From IMG/VR virus record IMGVR_UViG_3300010362_000079, positions 1-29,257 of that record: a stretch of DNA of 29,257 bases. One strand, 5' to 3'. Every line of letters begins with the position of its first letter. The first letter of the stretch is position 1. Below, piece by piece: positions 17,933 through 25,053 of this stretch. This DNA is from a virus (Duplodnaviria; Caudoviricetes). The translations under genes were made by a program, and so were the position numbers. The notes beneath the pieces are model-generated. The model made no database searches. It had not been told where the DNA came from and was given only the letters and a program-made list of their open reading frames with translations.

Positions 17933-19176
17933 CAGACCCCCGCAGGTGTGCGCTTGCCGTGGCCGTGGATGGAGAACCCGGTCCGCTTCCCGGACTTGAT
18001 GTCGGCCCAATGCTCAGGGTCGTTGACCTGGAACCCGACCCACCAGCCAGTCGGCACCGAGTCTGGAAGACCCATCGCCTCGCGCTTCTCGTCGGTCACG
18101 ACCAGTGATTCGATCATGTCCGACTTGTGCACCGGCTCCAGGCCCTTGCGCAGATGCATGTCCCCGCCCTTGCGGGACTTCTGCACGTAGACGTAGGCAG
18201 CCTTCTCCATCTCCTCGGCGGAGATGATGTCGCCCTGCAGATCCACGATCGGCTCGCCATCCACCTCGATCACCGAGGCCCAGCCGAAGACCTGCTGCTT
18301 GTCGTCGTCGCGCTTGGCGAAGTCGCCGGACCAGACCACGTCCACGTCGTCGCTCTTCTTGATCTTCTTCCGCTTCGTCTTCTCCGAGTGCGACCAGGCC
18401 TTCCCACCCGGGTGAGTCAGCGGCTTCAGGGCACCGTAGGTAGCCCCGGACGCGATCCCGGCTCCGGCCAGGGCAGCGGCTCGCTTCCCGGGCTTGATGG
18501 CCAGCGGGAGACCGGTGAGCGCGCCACCCAGCACTCCGTGACCGACCACGGACTCGGTCCGGCTCCTGGTCTCCAGCCGCTTGTCGAACTGCTCGTTGTG
18601 GGTCTTCAGCTTGTTCGGCAGCCGCTTCAGCGCACCTGCGGTCTTCTTGGTGTACTCGGCCCCCTTGCGCTGCACCTTCGGGTTGGTGATCACCGAGCGG
18701 GTCATCCCACCAGGGGTCTTGGTCAGCTTGTCCAGACCTCGGTCCGCCCGGTCGCTGGCCTGGGACATCAGGTCGGCCGGATCACGCTTCTTGGTGATCG
18801 CGGCCGGGTTCTTCTTCTTGGTGTCCCCGTGCAGGATCTTGGTGGCCATCAGCTCACCACCGAGGCCGGCCACCTCGAGCGGGACCAGAGCGGTGGCCAG
18901 CTTCCGGTTCTTGGCCGCGGTCTTGACCGCCTTCCAGGTGCCGATCTTGGGCTTGGCCTTCTTCGCCTCCTTCACCCCGCCGCAGAACTCGTGCGCGGCA
19001 TACCCCAGTCCAGCGGCACCGGCAGCGGCACCGATCCCGCTCAGCCCGGCGGTGATCGCTCGCTTCTTCCGCTCGTGGGTGGCTACGTCGGACTGGGTCG
19101 GCTCCATCTTGGAGATGAGCTCATCTCCACCGCCGGCGTAGAGCAGCTCGACGACCTCGTTGAAGACCTCGCTCAT
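17932..19176 (-). CDS. Prohead protease (XkdF / peptidase S78_2-like) with ~285-aa basic N-terminal extension, 414 aa
   Basis: C-terminal domain VFGWASV...DLQGD...EMEKAAY.Y...DMH...IES...GWWVGF...W..IKSG..TGFSIHG. Confidence 0.88.
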   Translation of the reverse strand: MSEVFNEVVELLYAGGGDELISKMEPTQSDVATHERKKRAITAGLSGIGAAAGAAGLGYAAHEFCGGVKEAKKAKPKIGTWKAVKTAAKNRKLATALVPLEVAGLGGELMATKILHGDTKKKNPAAITKKRDPADLMSQASDRADRGLDKLTKTPGGMTRSVITNPKVQRKGAEYTKKTAGALKRLPNKLKTHNEQFDKRLETRSRTESVVGHGVLGGALTGLPLAIKPGKRAAALAGAGIASGATYGALKPLTHPGGKAWSHSEKTKRKKIKKSDDVDVVWSGDFAKRDDDKQQVFGWASVIEVDGEPIVDLQGDIISAEEMEKAAYVYVQKSRKGGDMHLRKGLEPVHKSDMIESLVVTDEKREAMGLPDSVPTGWWVGFQVNDPEHWADIKSGKRTGFSIHGHGKRTPAGV

Positions 19177-19198
19177 GTCTTCATGATCTGGCTAGTGG

Positions 19199-21193
19199 CT
19201 AGTCGCTGTGCCGGGGCTTAATCGCCTGGACGATGACCGGGTACTCCAGCCCCTTGGTGTGGATGTTGAACCCGGGGCTGCGCGAGAAGATGCCGTCGAA
19301 GGAGTACTTCTGCGGGTCGTCGGCATCCTGGTAGGTCCGGTCCTGGTGACCCTGGTTGGCCGCGACCACCTCGTTGTGCCAGTCGATCGTGTCCAGGTGC
19401 CACTGGTTCCCGATGAACCGAGCCGAGTAGGTCGCCGTGAACGGGACCCCGCCTTCACTCACCTTCGGCTTGCCGGAAGCATCCAGCAGCTGGGCCTGGA
19501 TCATCGGCGGCTTCACCCGCTGCAAGGCCTCCGGGTTATGACTGTGCTCGTAGGGAGCCTTGCGCACGTAGTAGTCCATCACCTCGCGGATCTGGTCTCT
19601 GGTCAGGACGTACTGCTGTCCGTCCTGGGATCTGGTGAAGATGCCACCGTTGTGGGAACCGACCAGATCGACTTCGCTCTGCACCTGCTCGCGCAGGCCC
19701 TCCTGGACATCCTGGATCGCTGCGCCCTGGGATGAGGTGAACTCCATCCCCTGGGTCAGCTTGACCCGATTGCGCCAGGCCTGGTTGTACATCTCCGGAT
19801 CCACCGGCGCGTAGACGGTGACCCCGGTCTTCACGTTGGTGTCGGTCTTGGTCTTCCTCTTGGTCTTGGGCTGGGTGATCGGCTTGGTCAGACCCCGGAC
19901 CTGATGTTCGGGCACGGTCTCGACGGTGACCTTAGGCCGGACCACCTTGATCGGCTCGGTGCGCACCCGGATCGGCTCTGGTGTCGGTGCCGGCGCTCTG
20001 GTTCTGGCCGGGGCAGCTACTCGTATCGGCGTCCGCTCCAGACCGGTCTTGAAGGTCATCCGCGGCTGCAGCCCCTGAGCGATCACTTGCTCGAACAGCG
20101 CCTGGGTCTTCGGGTCGGTCCTGGTCAGAGTGGTGACCCGGCTCGGGCCCTCGTCCTTCTGACCGGTGAGGATCCGGAACTCGTCGTCCACGTCGATGGT
20201 GCTCACGCCCCGGCGAGAGGCGCTGAACCGACCACCCTCTCCGCGCGGATGCTTCCGGTTGAAGTCGTACAGCTGGTTCCCGCTCAGGTCCTTCTGCACC
20301 TCGTTGATGTCCCGGAACTGGTGCGGCAGCAGGCGTAGCTCACACCGACAATTGGGATGCACGCCCGGGGCCCAGAACTTCCCCTCCGCGGTCTCGAACC
20401 GCTCGGTGATCGGCACCTTGGTCCCGTGCAGCGGACCACACACCGGGCACACCCGCTCGTCCTTGGCGGTCAGCCACATCTTCTCCGCGTGCGCGGGTAG
20501 GTCGCCCTTCTCCAGCCGGTACATCCAGGCCAGCGACTTCCCCTCCTCGCTGACCCGGTGCAGCTCGTGAGCGGTGATCGTTTTGTACCGCTGGTACAGC
20601 GATCGGACGATGTACTTCGCCGCCTCCTTCTTGATCTGCAGCGGAGTCAGGCTGGTGATCTTCCGGTCCCAGACCAGCTGGGCAGCGATGTAGCCACGCA
20701 TCTGCCGGGGGCTCAGACCATAGGCCTCGAACACCTTGTTCGCCGCCGCCCGGGCTGCCATCCGCCGGTTCACGTAGGTGTTGAACCCCTCGACCATCGC
20801 CTCCCGCGCGGTCGCGTGGTAGTACTCGCCCAGCTCATCGGCGTGGTGCTCGGCCAGCGCGTAGAGCGCATCCCGGGAGATGTCGCCGGCGTTGGCCTGG
20901 GCGTACGCCCTGCCGTAGGCCTCGGCCAGCACCGGGATCGAGACCCGGAGGAAGGACGGCTTGATCAGCCGCCAGGCCTCGTCGGCCAGTGCGATCACGG
21001 TGTGCGCGGTGACCTCCCCTGGGCTGGACAACCGCTCTTTCAGCTCGGCCATCATCTGGGTCCGGGAGCCGTGGATGGCCGCAGTCATCGCCTGAGCCGG
21101 CGTCCCCAGGTACCGGCCCTGCTGGGTAACCCCGGTCAGCTCACTGGGTGCGAAGGTGAGCTCGACCGAGGGAGCAACCGGGGTAGTGGTCAT
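19199..21193 (-). CDS. MuF / SPP1 gp7-like minor head protein with C-terminal extension, 664 aa
   Basis: KMWLTAKDERVCPVCGPLHG...PGVHPNCRC at ~20340-20480, followed by ~370 further residues. Confidence 0.88.
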   Translation of the reverse strand: MTTTPVAPSVELTFAPSELTGVTQQGRYLGTPAQAMTAAIHGSRTQMMAELKERLSSPGEVTAHTVIALADEAWRLIKPSFLRVSIPVLAEAYGRAYAQANAGDISRDALYALAEHHADELGEYYHATAREAMVEGFNTYVNRRMAARAAANKVFEAYGLSPRQMRGYIAAQLVWDRKITSLTPLQIKKEAAKYIVRSLYQRYKTITAHELHRVSEEGKSLAWMYRLEKGDLPAHAEKMWLTAKDERVCPVCGPLHGTKVPITERFETAEGKFWAPGVHPNCRCELRLLPHQFRDINEVQKDLSGNQLYDFNRKHPRGEGGRFSASRRGVSTIDVDDEFRILTGQKDEGPSRVTTLTRTDPKTQALFEQVIAQGLQPRMTFKTGLERTPIRVAAPARTRAPAPTPEPIRVRTEPIKVVRPKVTVETVPEHQVRGLTKPITQPKTKRKTKTDTNVKTGVTVYAPVDPEMYNQAWRNRVKLTQGMEFTSSQGAAIQDVQEGLREQVQSEVDLVGSHNGGIFTRSQDGQQYVLTRDQIREVMDYYVRKAPYEHSHNPEALQRVKPPMIQAQLLDASGKPKVSEGGVPFTATYSARFIGNQWHLDTIDWHNEVVAANQGHQDRTYQDADDPQKYSFDGIFSRSPGFNIHTKGLEYPVIVQAIKPRHSD

Positions 21194-24100
21194 GTGTTCC
21201 GCTCAGTGGTGGTGAACAGGCTGTTCGATCCCCGGACGTAGCTCTTCTGATCCTCACTGAGGCCCAGGTGATCCATCTGATCCTCCAGGCTGTCCCACTC
21301 GGTCACCGAGGGGTTGTCCTGCATCCACTGCCCCATCTCGCTGATCCGGCGCAGATCTTCGCGTGCCTTGTCCTTGTCAGGCCCCGACACGTTGGGATCG
21401 GCAATCTGTGTGTTCAGTGAGCCGATCGCGTTGATCACGTTCCGGCCGAAGGCATCGCGTGGACTCTCACCACCGCCAGTGGGCACCGGCACGAGGGTCC
21501 CTCCCTCGCCCTTGATCGGTGTCGGAGCGGCCGGAGCAGCCGGCGCACCTCCAGACGGCGTGCCACCTTCGGGCTTCTTGGGCAGCCCCCCGGTCGAGCC
21601 CGGGGAGGTCGGCTTGACCGGGGTGCCGCTGCTCGGGACCGCCGCCTTCAGCATCTCCTTCAGGTACCGCTGCTTGTGCAGGTTCTCCAGGTGCTGGTCC
21701 ACCTTCTTGTCGCTGGACAGCGTCTCCCGCAGCCGCTCCGGGCTGGGTGCTCCCGGGTGTGTGGATGCGTTCATCCCCAGCACCTTGTCGATCGAGACCG
21801 CCGGGACCTTGCCCCCGGTCTCGTCCACGCCCTTGACCATCCGGCGTAGGAACTGGGTCTGCTCGATCTCGTCCTGCATCGAGATCGCGTCCAGCTGGCT
21901 GGACAGGTCGCTGGTGGTGAACAGCGGGGTCTCCCGGTCGATCCGGGCGATCTCGGCCGTGACCGACGACTCTCGCGCACCCGCGTGGTAGGCGTCGTTC
22001 TTCTCCTTCTTGAAGGTGAACGGAGCGTCCGGCATGGTGCCGGCCAGCTCGGGCTTGTACTCCACCGCGCCGATCGACCCGCGCGCGGCCAGGTACTCCG
22101 CCCAGGCCGGTCCGAACCCGGAGATCCGCCGGGTGAACTGAGCGGCGTTCTGGCTCATGAACGAGTGGAAGGCGTCCTGACTGTCCGGCTTCTTGATCCA
22201 GTTCTGGAAGTCCTGGTCCTTGAAGTGCCACCACTCCGGCGGCTCCTTGTCGGTCCAGTCCAGGTTGGCGGTCCGAGCCACGTTCATCACCGCGATCGCG
22301 CTCTTCTTCGCACCCAGCACCTTGCTCTGCTGCTCGAACGAGTCGCGCAGCCGCTGTGCCTCGGACTCCCGCTCCGAGGTCGAGCTGGTGGTCGAGGTCC
22401 GACCGGTGGTCTCCTCGGTCCCGGTGTCCGGGCGTGCGGCTGCTGCGGCTGCCGCCGTGGCGGCGGCGGTGCCCTTGGTGGCCCCCATCCGGGAGTGCTT
22501 GGACCGGCCGTAGTCAGCCTCGGAGGCCCGGAACTTCTTGTGCTGCTCCTTGCCCTCGGTGCCGTACAACCCGGCCTTGGCCTGCCAGGGACGAACCGCT
22601 CCGGGCTCGACGTAGCCCTTGTCCTCCTCGAACTCCAGGTTCTCGTCGCGCTTGGTCGGGACCGTGCGCACGTCCCTGATGTAGTACGGGAACTGCTCCT
22701 GCAGGCTCTTCAGCGCGGCCTCGTAGCCGATCCCGTTCAGCCGGAACCGGACCTCCTTCATGTCCTTCAGCTCGTTCATGATGTCCTGGCGGTACTGCTT
22801 GGCGTCGTAGGTCCGCTCCAGGCCCATCGCGGCCCGCTGGTCCATGTTGGCGATGATCGCCTCGGCCCGGTCCCGGTCACGACCGTCGATGTCGGGATCC
22901 TCCTTGAACTCCTTCAGCCGGGCCTTGATCTCGTCTCGGACCTGACGCCGGGGAGCCCCGGCCATCTCGGTCTCGACCTCGTTCTCGATCGCCTTGCGCC
23001 AGTGCGGAGGGATCTCCTTGCGCTCGATCTGGCCGGACTGCACCGCGTCCAGCAGGTACTCGTAGCGCCGGGTCATCCGCAGCGCCTTGTCGTTGTACCG
23101 CCGGCCACCGCGGAAGTCCGGAGAGAACTCCATGGTGAACGTGCCCGAGCGCGAGACCACGGTCACCTGGCGTGCGCCGGCCATCAGCCCGGTGTAAACA
23201 TCCTCGCTGGTCAGACCGCCGACCGAGCGATTCCGGATGTACTCCCCACCCTTGAGCTCGGTGAGGTTCTTGAGGTTGAAGGGGAGGTAGTGGTCATCGC
23301 CGTAGCCGACCGCCTGGGAGGCGAGCTGGCCCTTGGAGTTGATGATCACGCCCTCGGACGGCGGGGTGTTGCCGGCACCGAGGTGCAGCCCGTAGAGCTG
23401 CTTCTTCGGGATCTTCATCTTCAGGTACTGCTCGACCACCATGTCGCCCACGGCCCGCTCATCCCAACTGGGAGCACGCACGGCGAGCTGGGCATCGATC
23501 GCTCGCTGCCGAGCCATCTGGGACACCGCCGGCGGTGCTCCGGGAGCACCCACGTCGGGACGGAAGGTGGTCCCGCGACCGGCCTCTCCTCGGCCGTAGA
23601 CCCGGAACTGTCCCAGCTCGTCGGCGATCTTCTCCTCGAGCTCGGGCGTGGGGCGCTTGTGCCCGTACTTCTTGGCGTCCTGGATGTTCTGGGCGTAGAC
23701 CCGGACCAGGGTGGGATCGGGAGCCCGCTCGGTACCGCGGTAGCGGTAGGCGGTCCGACGTGCGCTCGGGCCGATCACCTTCTCCGCCTCGGGCCCGAAC
23801 TCGCCGACGATCTCGGCCATCTTGCCCGCCAGCTGCACCTTCGATCCCGGCGGACCGAGCTGGTTGGCCAGGTTGCCGGCGGCGTAGGTGCGCTCGTACA
23901 GGCGCGCGTTCGCGGCCTTGGTGTCGACATCCCCGGCCTGGGACCACTGGGTGGCGAAGTTCTTGAACCCCTCATCGGTCTTGGACGAGAAGGCCAGGTT
24001 GGCCCGACGAAGCTGGTCTCCGGTCGGCTCCTGCCCCAGCGCCTGCATCAGCCCGAAGGCAGCCCCACCGGCGGTCAAGGTGAGCGGCTTGGCCTCCATC

Positions 24101-25053
24101 GCCACCAGCTGGGTGTCCTCATCCTCGAGCATGGACTTCGGCGGAGAGGTGGAGTTGCTGACCTCCTGGAAGTTGTGCCCGTTGCGGTCCCGCAGGTGGT
24201 AGACGATGTCCACGTTCCCGGTGCCACCGTGCATCCCACTGGCCATGTCCAGGAACTGCGCCACCTGTCGGTACTCGTCCTGATACTGGGCCCGCATGGC
24301 GTTGTCCATGCTCTTGGGCCCGTAGCTGCCGATCACATTCTCCGCAGTCCGCTTGTTCCCGATCGGCTTCTTCATGGTGTGGTGCACCTTGACCATGAAC
24401 CGCCCGGTACCGGGGTCGCGCCGGATGTCGGACTCCTTGAACTGCCAGCCGTAGTACTGCGGGGTGTGGGTGACCTTGCTGATCTCCTCCATCGCCTCGG
24501 CGTACTCCACCGCCCGGTCGTCACCGTTCAGTGCCATCCGAGCCAACGCCTTGGTGATCTCCTGCTCTCGGGTCTCGAGCACATCGTTCAGATGGCGCTG
24601 CAGGGTGCCCAGGTTCTTCTCCACCGTGGTCTCGAAGATCTCCGAGGCGACGATGTGGCAGAACATCCGCGCGCTGGCGTCGTCCATCTTCATGATCAGG
24701 GAGAACGTCTTGTCGGCCGCGGCCTGGTTGAAGTGCGGGTCGTTCGGGCGCTGTGGGGCCATCGCCTTGCTCACCCGTCCCTTCCGCTCCTTCTTCCGCT
24801 TCTCCTTGCGCTCGTCGCGCACGATCTGCTGGACCGGCGGGATCTGGTTGGCCAGGGCACCGGCGGCGGTACCGGCCAGGATCGGCTTCCACAGCCCACC
24901 CTTGGCCTTGCGAACTCGACCACGGCGCTTCTTCTTGTTCGGGTCGTTCTTCCCACCCTTGACGTAGCCCGCGCCCTCCTCGTGCCACTTCCGCGCGATC
25001 TCGGGATGATGGATGTGCATGAAGGCAGCCTGCTTCTTGCTCGCGTACGGCAT
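21190..25053 (-). CDS. Large head-region protein, 1287 aa, with degenerate JAB/MPN-like segment; possible internal or ejected protein
   Basis: Long ORF coupled to portal (TGATG) and MuF (ATGA). It has a basic N-terminus, a RRDPGTGRF motif and a SEGVII...YIRNRSVGGLTSED segment. The function is inferred. Confidence 0.8.
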   Translation of the reverse strand: MPYASKKQAAFMHIHHPEIARKWHEEGAGYVKGGKNDPNKKKRRGRVRKAKGGLWKPILAGTAAGALANQIPPVQQIVRDERKEKRKKERKGRVSKAMAPQRPNDPHFNQAAADKTFSLIMKMDDASARMFCHIVASEIFETTVEKNLGTLQRHLNDVLETREQEITKALARMALNGDDRAVEYAEAMEEISKVTHTPQYYGWQFKESDIRRDPGTGRFMVKVHHTMKKPIGNKRTAENVIGSYGPKSMDNAMRAQYQDEYRQVAQFLDMASGMHGGTGNVDIVYHLRDRNGHNFQEVSNSTSPPKSMLEDEDTQLVAMEAKPLTLTAGGAAFGLMQALGQEPTGDQLRRANLAFSSKTDEGFKNFATQWSQAGDVDTKAANARLYERTYAAGNLANQLGPPGSKVQLAGKMAEIVGEFGPEAEKVIGPSARRTAYRYRGTERAPDPTLVRVYAQNIQDAKKYGHKRPTPELEEKIADELGQFRVYGRGEAGRGTTFRPDVGAPGAPPAVSQMARQRAIDAQLAVRAPSWDERAVGDMVVEQYLKMKIPKKQLYGLHLGAGNTPPSEGVIINSKGQLASQAVGYGDDHYLPFNLKNLTELKGGEYIRNRSVGGLTSEDVYTGLMAGARQVTVVSRSGTFTMEFSPDFRGGRRYNDKALRMTRRYEYLLDAVQSGQIERKEIPPHWRKAIENEVETEMAGAPRRQVRDEIKARLKEFKEDPDIDGRDRDRAEAIIANMDQRAAMGLERTYDAKQYRQDIMNELKDMKEVRFRLNGIGYEAALKSLQEQFPYYIRDVRTVPTKRDENLEFEEDKGYVEPGAVRPWQAKAGLYGTEGKEQHKKFRASEADYGRSKHSRMGATKGTAAATAAAAAAARPDTGTEETTGRTSTTSSTSERESEAQRLRDSFEQQSKVLGAKKSAIAVMNVARTANLDWTDKEPPEWWHFKDQDFQNWIKKPDSQDAFHSFMSQNAAQFTRRISGFGPAWAEYLAARGSIGAVEYKPELAGTMPDAPFTFKKEKNDAYHAGARESSVTAEIARIDRETPLFTTSDLSSQLDAISMQDEIEQTQFLRRMVKGVDETGGKVPAVSIDKVLGMNASTHPGAPSPERLRETLSSDKKVDQHLENLHKQRYLKEMLKAAVPSSGTPVKPTSPGSTGGLPKKPEGGTPSGGAPAAPAAPTPIKGEGGTLVPVPTGGGESPRDAFGRNVINAIGSLNTQIADPNVSGPDKDKAREDLRRISEMGQWMQDNPSVTEWDSLEDQMDHLGLSEDQKSYVRGSNSLFTTTERNT

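Noticed and set aside
89-18010. Longest-ORF starts at 1069, 12167, 13394 and 18010
   Set aside because: Each overlaps an upstream gene extensively. Internal ATGs at 541, 12080, 12926 and 17932 give stop-start coupling or an SD and sensible N-termini.
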